Positions 7,834-14,725 are shown, numbered from the stretch's first letter. The stretch: 20,000 nucleotides of DNA from an uncultured virus (IMG/VR IMGVR_UViG_3300028840_003967) (IMGVR_UViG_3300028840_003967:55834-75833), one strand, 5' to 3'. Notes: generated by a model not told the origin, from the sequence alone. Numbers and translations are program-made.

Positions 7834-7966
7834 TCAATTCCTTCGCCCGTTTGTAGAACTTCTTGCCGCCAGAAACAAAAGAAGCCCCCAATGCGTCTAG
7901 GGGGATTCCCTGTGGCGCTCTTTCAGCGTTTTGCAGAGCAATGGCATAGTTGATCTTCTTTGCCAT
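7475..7966 (-). CDS. Basic low-complexity hypothetical protein
   Basis: ATG 2 nt after the upstream stop. K/R/G/S-rich and predicted disordered by composition. Confidence 0.6.
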   Translation of the reverse strand: MAKKINYAIALQNAERAPQGIPLDALGASFVSGGKKFYKRAKELSERVPRGRPPEEFPESASATTQARADGVDQSRQKQPIKGQAGKGKAPQGKSKVPDRRGAKAPRNAIASSIRAISTRRGKFGKTKLKPSTESSLKRKGFRVGAPSEIPRRTGQNKPRGRA

Positions 7967-7968
7967 TG

Positions 7969-8259
7969 CTATTTGCTCAAGCGATCAACTCGCGCAGTCT
8001 TGCTCGCGCGGTTCCCACCCTTGCCGCTGTACGGACCACCAATGGCCTTCTGCATAGAAGAGCCTGCACTTCCGCCGTAAGCAGCATTCCGCCGAGCAGT
8101 CACTTTTCTTCCGGTTGGAGACTTCGAATCGCCAGAGCCTGGAACAATGGACTTGCTCTTTCCAGGGCGATCCGTCCCATCTCTCCGGGCACCCTTATGT
8201 ACATCCGCTTGCAGCCCCGAAGAACTCTTCTTGAAGCCCTTGATCCCGCTTCTGGTCAT
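7969..8259 (-). CDS. Small basic G/S/K/R-rich hypothetical protein
   Basis: GGAGGAG-N5-ATG at 8259 (MTRSGIKGFKK...) is preferred over the track start at 8364. Confidence 0.72.
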   Translation of the reverse strand: MTRSGIKGFKKSSSGLQADVHKGARRDGTDRPGKSKSIVPGSGDSKSPTGRKVTARRNAAYGGSAGSSMQKAIGGPYSGKGGNRASKTARVDRLSK

Positions 8260-8261
8260 GG

Positions 8262-8759
8262 CTACTCCTCCTTCTTCTTTTTCTCTGCGCGCATCTCGTG
8301 TGCGCGTTTCTGTATGATCGGGTCTTTCAAAAGCGTTTGAAGCAACGCCGTGTTCTTCACCCATGCGGCCACATCCTGTTCGTGGTTAATGATGTAGCCT
8401 GTGGCGTCGATCTTCTTGCGTTCCTCAAGGATGACTTCAACGAGGAACTTATCGCTGGCGTGTTCGTTGAGGAACTTCCTGTACTTCGGATCGTCAAACA
8501 TACGGCCCATAGTTTGAAGCAGCGTAGAGCCTTTCGAACTCCTCGCTTCCATCTCGAACGGGCCGACTTCTTTTTGTCCGACCATGTTGACGATGAGTTG
8601 ATCCTTCTTCACTCCGACGATTCGGAGCATCCCGTTCACTTCCTTAGGTAACTTCGTAGCGCGAGCGATGTGATGTACTTCTGTTCTCTCAGCCCTCAAG
8701 CAACTCGTACAGAACAGGATCAACACCACCATCGTCAAGGCCGGGATCAAGCGTCTCAA
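8262..8759 (-). CDS. Putative lipoprotein (o-spanin-like position)
   Basis: A TTG at 8759 gives MRRLIPALTMVVLILFCTSC, a basic N-region, hydrophobic core and lipobox-like Cys. It overlaps the 3' end of 8689..8886. The exact start is uncertain. Confidence 0.6.
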   Translation of the reverse strand: MRRLIPALTMVVLILFCTSCLRAERTEVHHIARATKLPKEVNGMLRIVGVKKDQLIVNMVGQKEVGPFEMEARSSKGSTLLQTMGRMFDDPKYRKFLNEHASDKFLVEVILEERKKIDATGYIINHEQDVAAWVKNTALLQTLLKDPIIQKRAHEMRAEKKKKEE

Positions 8760-8886
8760 GGACAGGTTCGGGATCGGGAGACATCTCTGCTTTGTCCGGC
8801 TCAGTGATGACTTTGAAGAAGGCATTAGCGATTACCTCAAAAATGGGCCGAAGGAGACTCAAGAGGATCGTAACAACAGCGGACAT
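8689..8886 (-). CDS. Small membrane-associated protein (i-spanin-like position)
   Basis: GGAGGA RBS. Hydrophobic/amphipathic N-terminus with an acidic, Pro-rich tail. Confidence 0.6.
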   Translation of the reverse strand: MSAVVTILLSLLRPIFEVIANAFFKVITEPDKAEMSPDPEPVLETLDPGLDDGGVDPVLYELLEG

Positions 8887-8888
8887 GT

Positions 8889-9425
8889 TTAATCCTCCTC
8901 CTTCTCCTTTTTCTCCTTCATCTTCTTCACGATCTTCGAAACGATTGCCTCAAGCCGTTGGGTTCCCCACTTCAGCAACAGCTTCTTTGCATCGCCCGTG
9001 GCAATCTCCTTGGCAAAGAGAATCGCCTTCTCTCGGGCCATCTTCCGTTCGTCCTTCGACAACTTGCCGTCAGCAGCCGCCTTCTTCGCTTCCCACACGA
9101 ACTCTTCGTATGCCTTGTGAACACCCGCTTCCAGCGCGGCCAAGGCTTCCTTCCCGGCTCCATCACCAAAGCCCAACTTGTGCCACAGGTCCAAGCCGAA
9201 AATCCATGTGAGGGCAGCGCCACCAAGACTTGCCAAGCCTTTCCACACGAACTCAAACGTGAGCACGAACTGAAGCCAGGACGGCATCTCCCACGTTCCT
9301 TCAGCCGGAACAGGAGCGGGCGCTTCCCCGGCAAGAACAGCAAGACAAGACAGCGACGTGAGAACAACGAGTGAACCAACAACAACAGACCGACGAGATG
9401 GAGTAGGCTGTAGCCGATCCTTCAT
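8889..9425 (-). CDS. Membrane protein, holin-like
   Basis: AAGGAG RBS. Signal/TM segment plus a second hydrophobic segment. The helical C-domain ALEAGVHKAYEEFV...DGKLSKDERKMAREKAI...LEAIVSKIVKKMK recalls LL-H-type holin C-termini. Confidence 0.55.
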   Translation of the reverse strand: MKDRLQPTPSRRSVVVGSLVVLTSLSCLAVLAGEAPAPVPAEGTWEMPSWLQFVLTFEFVWKGLASLGGAALTWIFGLDLWHKLGFGDGAGKEALAALEAGVHKAYEEFVWEAKKAAADGKLSKDERKMAREKAILFAKEIATGDAKKLLLKWGTQRLEAIVSKIVKKMKEKKEKEED

Positions 9426-9437
9426 GGTCTTCTCCTT

Positions 9438-9506
9438 TCATATCAGGCAGTAAAAGCCAATGACCGTTGCCGCGATTCCCAGGATCAGCAACAGCCAATC
9501 CCACAC
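9438..9506 (-). CDS. Candidate 22-aa single-TM micropeptide
   Basis: GTG...TGA encodes MWDWLLLILGIAATVIGFYCLI. The stop abuts the RBS of the holin-like gene. No clear RBS of its own. Confidence 0.35.
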   Translation of the reverse strand: MWDWLLLILGIAATVIGFYCLI

Positions 9507-9526
9507 GTCTTGTAATGGCGAGGGGA

Positions 9527-9802
9527 CTATGGGCGGGTTCCTTTGCGAGCGGCAGCTTTGGAGGGAGATCGCGCCATACGCTTCAAGTCGCCAACCGTTG
9601 CGCCCTTGAAGGTCACTGGCGGATTGAGGAGCGGTGGGACTGCGTTCTTGTTCCGACGACCCTGCTCCTCGGATCGCGCGGGAAGGTCTTGTGACGAGAA
9701 AGACGGGCGAAGCCCCTTGGTGGACAACGCCCCTCGTCTCTTCGTTTCGCGGACGGTTTGCCGTACCGTTCGCTCAGGTATGCGCCTACGTCCCTTTGCC
9801 AT
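9527..9802 (-). CDS. Small Arg-rich hypothetical protein
   Basis: 91-aa ORF directly downstream of a promoter-like region. No SD sequence. Confidence 0.6.
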   Translation of the reverse strand: MAKGRRRIPERTVRQTVRETKRRGALSTKGLRPSFSSQDLPARSEEQGRRNKNAVPPLLNPPVTFKGATVGDLKRMARSPSKAAARKGTRP

Positions 9803-9809
9803 GAGGACA

Positions 9810-9893
9810 ATCTTATCCAGGACAGGGCACCCCTTGTCAAGAGAAAAATTTCAGGGGTTTGGAAGGGTGCCCCACGGCGGGTTCCTTTGTCAA
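9810..9893 (-). promoter_or_regulatory. Sigma70-like promoter region for the lysis/structural block
   Basis: Two TTGACA hexamers on the minus strand (9835-9840 and 9888-9893). The proximal one is followed after 19 nt by TAAGAT, 7 nt before the ATG. Inverted repeat GGGCACCC...GGGTGCCC. Confidence 0.5.
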
Positions 9894-9907
9894 GACTTTT
9901 GGAAAGA

Positions 9908-10612
9908 TTATCCGTGCTCAAAAGCCCTCGTCTTAAGCGTATTCCAGAGCGTTTGAAGCGCCGGGGGAAGACCCTCAGTGGTCGGCGGGTGCATGTCATG
10001 GAAGCGATTGACGAGCGCCACCACGCCTTCAAACGCCGTGGGTGAAGGCTGGATTCCAAAGAAGTCTCCGCTTGGCTCTTTCGCCTTGAAGAACGCCGGG
10101 ACAAGGGCAGGGTCTTTCCAAAGCCGCTCGAAGTCGAAGATCACGAACTTGTTTGACTGAAGAAAATGATCCACCCTCCCCCGGTGGTAGTTGAACCACG
10201 CTTCGTTGCCCGATCCGGTGGGTACGCCGAAGTTCGCCTTCATCGCCGGGGCAACGCTTGTGGGATGCCGGATAACGAGCATGAAACGAGCATCGGGAAA
10301 GAGCATGTGCCACGCATCGATGTAGAGCAGCGTTCGTGGATCATAGAAGCACCAAGGCCGTTCCCTCTCCATGAGGCTCTTCCACTTGTTGATCTTCCCG
10401 TAAGGGAAGAACGTCTTTGCATCCTGTGGAGCAGGTACAGAGAGAATCCCGGTCTTGTCGCACCCGGATACCATCTGCGCGTCTTTGTGCACTTTATCGA
10501 CAATGCCCTTATCGACGTGCTCGACTCCACAGACTTCGAGAATGTCCTCAAGCAGAGTAGCGCCACTACAAGGCATCCCGAGAACGATGATGGGCGCGTT
10601 AGTGTAGCTCAT
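9908..10612 (-). CDS. Sulfotransferase-family (P-loop-like) protein with degenerate motifs
   Basis: PIIVLGMPCSGATLLEDIL (cf. GxxRSGT), PWCFYDPRT (cf. WGxKDPR), FPDARFMLVIRHPTSVA and W..Y. The start at 10612 is ATGA-coupled to the upstream stop. Confidence 0.8.
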   Translation of the reverse strand: MSYTNAPIIVLGMPCSGATLLEDILEVCGVEHVDKGIVDKVHKDAQMVSGCDKTGILSVPAPQDAKTFFPYGKINKWKSLMERERPWCFYDPRTLLYIDAWHMLFPDARFMLVIRHPTSVAPAMKANFGVPTGSGNEAWFNYHRGRVDHFLQSNKFVIFDFERLWKDPALVPAFFKAKEPSGDFFGIQPSPTAFEGVVALVNRFHDMHPPTTEGLPPALQTLWNTLKTRAFEHG

Positions 10613-10842
10613 CTTGCTTTTCTCCTTTTTGGTGGTCTTCCTGGCCGTTTGTTCAACTTCTTCGCTTTCTCGACAGCCTTGAGAATGCGCTTGAACGACT
10701 TGGGACTGTGTTTTGCCAGCGCGGACCAAGCCCCCATATAGAAAACGTCCGTCATAGTCACTTTTCCCTTTTCAACAAGCCGTTTTAGCTCATCGAAAAG
10801 GCACTTCTCTACTCGAATATTGACTTGTACGGATTTTTTCAT
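10609..10842 (-). CDS. Ribbon-helix-helix-type DNA-binding protein
   Basis: KKSVQVNIRVEKCLFDELKRLVEKGKVTMTDVF shows the beta-alpha-alpha pattern. ATGA-coupled start and basic tail. Confidence 0.7.
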   Translation of the reverse strand: MKKSVQVNIRVEKCLFDELKRLVEKGKVTMTDVFYMGAWSALAKHSPKSFKRILKAVEKAKKLNKRPGRPPKRRKAR

Positions 10843-11158
10843 TGGCTTTTTCGTTGTCTGTCCCACTCTTCACGTGCTTTGGTGCCGAGAGGGGGCGGCA
10901 AGGCTTCGTCAACCGCTTCGATTGGCTCTTTTTCCGCTGTTTTTCCTTTCTGGATGACTTTCACGACAGGTGGCGGCGTTCGAACATCGTTTTTCACGAC
11001 CACATCCGGCACTTTCACGACTTCGCGGACAACTTCACGCTCAACTTCGCGGATTTGGACAGGCGGCACGTTGTTTTGAATCTGAATCGAGCCTTCCGGG
11101 AGCGTTGCACTCCAAAGAAGATCACAAGAGGTTCCTTCCCCTCCATCTCCAATTTCAT
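10839..11158 (-). pseudogene. Gene apparently split by a 1-nt frameshift near 11100-11110
   Basis: A strong AAGGAG + ATG at 11158 gives MKLEMEGKEPLVIFFGV. A second frame continues TLPEGSIQIQNNVPPVQIREVEREVV... to the stop at 10839, which is coupled to the next ATG. Confidence 0.5.
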
Positions 11159-11511
11159 GGCGTTTTCTCCTTTCTTCGTCCTGTAGGACGCATTGTTACC
11201 CCCCATCTAACAAGAAAACTTCCCACAGCTTGTCCCGACAAGCTGAAAGTCTTTCCAATTTCCCGAAGAGTCATCCCTTTCGCGTACATGCGGCGCATTC
11301 GCTTCAATCTTTCAGGATGCTGACAGTTACCTTTGTTTCTAACATTCTCTCGGAGTTCCACATTCCGTTTATGGAGATTCACACGCACGCCAGCGCACGA
11401 CATTTTGAAGCGTTCGGCGAGTTTCTTGACAGTTTTTCCTTCGCCGTACAACTTAGCGATCAAATCTCCGCGCTTTTCGCACTTCGCTCTAGTGAATCTT
11501 TTCGTTTTCAT
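11155..11511 (-). CDS. Tandem helix-turn-helix DNA-binding protein
   Basis: Two HTH units: LYGEGKTVKKLAERFKMSCAGVRVNL and MYAKGMTLREIGKTFSLSGQAVGSFL. ATGA-coupled start at 11511. Confidence 0.8.
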   Translation of the reverse strand: MKTKRFTRAKCEKRGDLIAKLYGEGKTVKKLAERFKMSCAGVRVNLHKRNVELRENVRNKGNCQHPERLKRMRRMYAKGMTLREIGKTFSLSGQAVGSFLVRWGVTMRPTGRRKEKTP

Positions 11512-11906
11512 TCCGGTTTCCTCAACACGATCTGACTGACGATCAGCAACGTGGACTTCAAGACTTCTCCACCACCCCAAAGCTGAACTTCGTATGTATC
11601 AGGCCCGTCAAACTTCACTTCCACTCCGGCAGTAATCGTCGCCAAGGCTGTTCTGTCTTTTATGTGAAGCGTCAATTCAAGATTCGCTAAAATTTCTCCC
11701 GTGCTGACTTTCACAATGCGCAAACTCGTTTTACAATCACCACCCCCGCCTGAAAAAGAGATAAACACATTCTTTCTCATCACTGCGGGAAAACTGAATG
11801 CGTTGAAGTTCTTGAATATACCGATGATGCTCATCTTGCCGGTGCCTTGCTCAAGGATGGTTTGGTCACAAAGAGTGAGAATATGTACAACAGGCATCAT
11901 TTCCAT
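11508..11906 (-). CDS. DUF6941-like beta-sandwich protein
   Basis: LTLCDQTILEQGTGKMSIIGIF..FNA.SFPA...F.GP.TYEVQLW.GGEVL pattern. Confidence 0.7.
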   Translation of the reverse strand: MEMMPVVHILTLCDQTILEQGTGKMSIIGIFKNFNAFSFPAVMRKNVFISFSGGGGDCKTSLRIVKVSTGEILANLELTLHIKDRTALATITAGVEVKFDGPDTYEVQLWGGGEVLKSTLLIVSQIVLRKPE

Positions 11907-11918
11907 GGAGTTGTCTCC

Positions 11919-11938
11919 AATCCTGTATATACAGGATT
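11919..11938. promoter_or_regulatory. Perfect 20-bp palindrome, candidate operator
   Basis: AATCCTGTATATACAGGATT is its own reverse complement and is intergenic. 16 bp of it recur at 12905..12920. Confidence 0.65.
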
Positions 11939-12318
11939 TAGTAGTACGGTCTGCCTTCCTCGAAAGCTATGTCGTCGCCTTCCAACACATCTCCGTCTCC
12001 CAATTCTTCAAATTCGTTATCTCCGGCACTTAACTCTTTCTGAATACTTTTATCGCTGAGGTAATTCTCCAAGTGTTCCTTCACCGAATTGCGACACCAT
12101 TCCTGCCCGACGAGCCAATCAAGATACTCCAGCCCTTCTTTCGTACACGCGATCATGTCAAGAGTTTGTCCTTTGTACTTGCCAAAAGAAATCACGAAGA
12201 CCTTCGCTTTTTCAAACTCCTTCTCCTTTTTCTTCTTCACTTCCTTTTCTTTCACCGCCGTCTTTTCCGGCAAGCGTTTCTTTGTTGACTTCGAACGCTT
12301 GCTTTTTGTTTTTCCCAT
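11938..12318 (-). CDS. DUF3820/ExoX-C-terminal-like (FGKYKG) protein
   Basis: ISFGKYKGQTLDMI....GLEYLDWL motif, with a Lys-rich N-terminus and an acidic C-terminus. AAGGAG RBS. Confidence 0.75.
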   Translation of the reverse strand: MGKTKSKRSKSTKKRLPEKTAVKEKEVKKKKEKEFEKAKVFVISFGKYKGQTLDMIACTKEGLEYLDWLVGQEWCRNSVKEHLENYLSDKSIQKELSAGDNEFEELGDGDVLEGDDIAFEEGRPYY

Positions 12319-12538
12319 TTTCCATCTCCTTCAACATCTCCACAGCGACACTTCGCATGATTCTGTCGTACAACTCAAATAGAGGGTCTTTGTACTTATT
12401 GACTTTCATAAAGTTCAGATTATGCCTCGCGTCTTTGAACATAAGAACACAACCATTGGGAAACATCTTACTCAACTCTACGGTTACTTCTTCCAGATGC
12501 AACCTCTCTTCTTCACGCATTTTAGCCATGGTCATCAT
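12212..12538 (-). CDS. Hypothetical protein
   Basis: AAGGA RBS with ATGA coupling. Its tail overlaps the next gene by 107 nt. Confidence 0.65.
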   Translation of the reverse strand: MMTMAKMREEERLHLEEVTVELSKMFPNGCVLMFKDARHNLNFMKVNKYKDPLFELYDRIMRSVAVEMLKEMENGKNKKQAFEVNKETLAGKDGGERKGSEEEKGEGV

Positions 12539-12831
12539 TCCTTATGCCGCCAAACGGCGTCGTCGTTCCAACTGTACGCCTCTCCGAGCTTCATATCTTG
12601 AGGAGCCACATCCAACAGTCCCTTGTAGAAATCGGTGTGGTCAAACAAATCTGTCCTATGCACGAGAATATTCTCGTACCCCACTGTGTTGAACATTAGA
12701 TTCTGAGGCGCTTGTCCGATCACGTCATTCTTCCCAAGGCCCTCCAGAACAGCTTGGAGTGCGTCGGGGTCTTCCTTGGCAACGGCCTTCAGAAAGGCCC
12801 TTGTCGCCTTCCCGTCCTTCATCATAAGCAT
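12535..12831 (-). CDS. Hypothetical protein, first gene of the leftward operon
   Basis: GAAAGGAG-N7-ATG, 98 aa. Confidence 0.75.
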   Translation of the reverse strand: MLMMKDGKATRAFLKAVAKEDPDALQAVLEGLGKNDVIGQAPQNLMFNTVGYENILVHRTDLFDHTDFYKGLLDVAPQDMKLGEAYSWNDDAVWRHKE

Positions 12832-12879
12832 GTGCTAACTCCTTTCATGGCCAGGATTTACATCCTTCCAACATATTCC

Positions 12880-12940
12880 TTGACATTCCTGTGGAATCGG
12901 TCATAATCCTGTATATACAGCGTTTTCGAGGGAACGTCAA
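12880..12940. promoter_or_regulatory. Divergent control region with overlapping promoters and palindromic site
   Basis: Plus strand: TTGACA(12880)-16 nt-CATAAT(12902). Minus strand: TTGACG(12940)-17 nt-TATATA(12917), which is weaker. The palindrome CTGTATATACAG at 12909..12920 lies between them. Confidence 0.6.
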
Positions 12941-13050
12941 TGGAGAAAACACGAAAAAAAATCAGGAGCCGACCTACGACTTGCGATTGGAGCGACTGAG
13001 CGATGGAGGACGCAGAAGACACAGCGGAAAGGATTCTAAATGATGAATGA
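12940..13050 (+). pseudogene. Gene remnant ending in the shared W-helix motif
   Basis: Ends ...EDAEDTAERILNDE-TGA. Restoring one G after CGATGG (about 13006) gives ADLRLAIGATERWEDAEDTAERILNDE. The stop overlaps the ATG at 13047. Confidence 0.4.
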
Positions 13051-13265
13051 ACTGCGGCAAGAAAGACACCGAATAGTCAAACGAATTCCTTGCGAAGACG
13101 GAATACTCACACCATACAAACTTCAAAGGTTACCGATTAGTTTTGTGCGACTCTATTTGAGGAGAACGTATCTTCCCATACGATCTAGCTGCCGAATACT
13201 ACGGAATTAGTGAGTGGAACAAAGCCGTAGAAGCCCTAGAAAGGTTGGACGAAGATGAATCCTAA
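13047..13265 (+). pseudogene. Decayed member of the W-helix gene array
   Basis: The frame reads MNCGKKDTE*SNEFLAKTEYSHHTNFKGYRLVLCDSI*GERIFPYDLAAEYYGISEWNKAVEALERLDEDES*. In-frame stops lie at 13074 (TAG) and 13158 (TGA). Confidence 0.55.
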
Positions 13266-13758
13266 AGACATCAAGATAGGCGACACGCTCACTGCCGGTG
13301 TTCGCGCATTCAAGGTCTTGTTCTTTCTCCCGGATGCCGAAAACGGAATCTTCTTTGTAGCCGCTAAAGTAGGCAAGGATGCTGTTGTAGATGAGAGAGA
13401 AGTATTCCACCGCAATGGACACCATGTAGGCCAATACGATCCGAAAGACTCTTTTGAAACACTCATGGAAGCATACGCCAGGAATTACGGAGAGTACAAA
13501 GCTCTAAACATGGATTACTACAAGCCGGATAAATTCAGCGACACAATGCTTCTATTAGAACAACTCGAAAAAGAAATGTCGAAGGAAGACACGGAAGAAG
13601 AACAGAAGAAAGAATATGACGCCACTTGGATGATACGAAGGCTCATCCTACTCCATGACCAAAAAGAACGGGCGTTCAAAAACGGATTGTTCTACGGTTT
13701 CGCTTTGTGCATTCTCATTTTAGCTTGGCACATCTTTAAGGAGATGATGAATCGATGA
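13255..13758 (+). CDS. Hypothetical protein, SH3-like N-terminus and C-terminal TM helix
   Basis: IKIGDTLTAG.R.F.V...FHRNG N-domain and C-terminal GLFYGFALCILILAWHIF. GAAAGG RBS. Confidence 0.8.
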   Translation: MNPKDIKIGDTLTAGVRAFKVLFFLPDAENGIFFVAAKVGKDAVVDEREVFHRNGHHVGQYDPKDSFETLMEAYARNYGEYKALNMDYYKPDKFSDTMLLLEQLEKEMSKEDTEEEQKKEYDATWMIRRLILLHDQKERAFKNGLFYGFALCILILAWHIFKEMMNR

Positions 13759-14138
13759 ACATTCAACCAACACAGATAAACATCGCGCCAGATGGAGGAC
13801 TCGACGCCGAACCAGATTTTTCTAAACCATCACAATACCAGTTTATGAAATACGGCACTAACAACAACATCAACGATGAACACGGTCTGAGAATTTCAGG
13901 CGAATACACTAAACGAGTGATAGAAGAAACCGTGAGAGAAGTTCTCTTACGACTTAAACCACAAATAGCAGAACTCGTTAAAGAACAAGTGATGGAAGAT
14001 GCACAAATAATTAAGGAAGGTATATCCGAGAAGTTGTTTGAAAAGATGAAGAACTACATCGAAGAATCGAGGGCGGATTGGGAAGAAGGATTACGGGCGG
14101 CTGAAAGAGTTCTGAACGGAGGGGATTCTGGTGAATAG
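13755..14138 (+). CDS. Hypothetical helical protein ending in W-helix motif
   Basis: ATGA-coupled with AAGGAG RBS. C-terminus FEKMKNYIEESRADWEEGLRAAERVL. Confidence 0.82.
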   Translation: MNIQPTQINIAPDGGLDAEPDFSKPSQYQFMKYGTNNNINDEHGLRISGEYTKRVIEETVREVLLRLKPQIAELVKEQVMEDAQIIKEGISEKLFEKMKNYIEESRADWEEGLRAAERVLNGGDSGE

Positions 14139-14481
14139 TACAGATAAAGGAATAAGCGCGTGTGTACAAATCAATCCTGAGTGGAAAGAAGAGTTCAAGA
14201 GAGAAATCCTGAAGGAACTCTTGAATAGTGATCTAAAACTATACGCCGCAATCCGCACGATCCAAGAATATGTTGTAGACGACCTACAAAGAAGAATTCT
14301 TCCACTCATATTCGATAAGAGAATCGAAGAAATCGTGAATCAGTTTTCGGGCGAAATCGCTGAAGAAGCGTTCAAACGGATGAAGAAGTACATAGAGGAA
14401 ACCAGAGCCGATTGGGAAGAGGGTCTTAGAGCCGCCGAAAAAATTCTACGGGAGGAGAACGAAGATGAAAAGACAGATTGA
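14131..14481 (+). CDS. Paralogue of 13755..14138
   Basis: GTG start after GGAGGGG. C-terminus FKRMKKYIEETRADWEEGLRAAEKIL. Confidence 0.82.
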   Translation: MNSTDKGISACVQINPEWKEEFKREILKELLNSDLKLYAAIRTIQEYVVDDLQRRILPLIFDKRIEEIVNQFSGEIAEEAFKRMKKYIEETRADWEEGLRAAEKILREENEDEKTD

Positions 14482-14725
14482 AGCCGATTGGACAACATAC
14501 CTGTTGGATGTCGTTCCAAAAACTGCGGGAAAGACACAAAAAACTGCGGGAAAGACACAAATCCAAGAAACGAAGCGAGCGTTCTTTGCTGGCGCGTTGG
14601 CACATCACGAGTTCATCTTACGCGCCGTGGAAAACAAAAAAGACGAAGAAGTGCAAAAAAAGCTCGATGGCATATTTGAAGAACTGCTAGACTTTCGACA
14701 AGCTGTTTTGGAGGGAAGGCAATGA
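14465..14725 (+). CDS. Conserved-looking small phage protein (W..Y...V.P...Q..ETKRAFFAGA)
   Basis: GGAGGAG RBS. The motif is familiar from uncharacterised phage proteins. Confidence 0.8.
   Translation: MKRQIEADWTTYLLDVVPKTAGKTQKTAGKTQIQETKRAFFAGALAHHEFILRAVENKKDEEVQKKLDGIFEELLDFRQAVLEGRQ
14519..14560 (+). repeat. Perfect 21-bp tandem duplication (KTAGKTQ x2)
   Basis: AAAACTGCGGGAAAGACACAA is repeated twice, in frame. Confidence 0.95.

Noticed and set aside
11919..11938. E. coli-type LexA SOS box
   Set aside because: The site is CTGT-N4-ACAG, not CTGT-N8-ACAG, so the spacing is incompatible with the gammaproteobacterial box.
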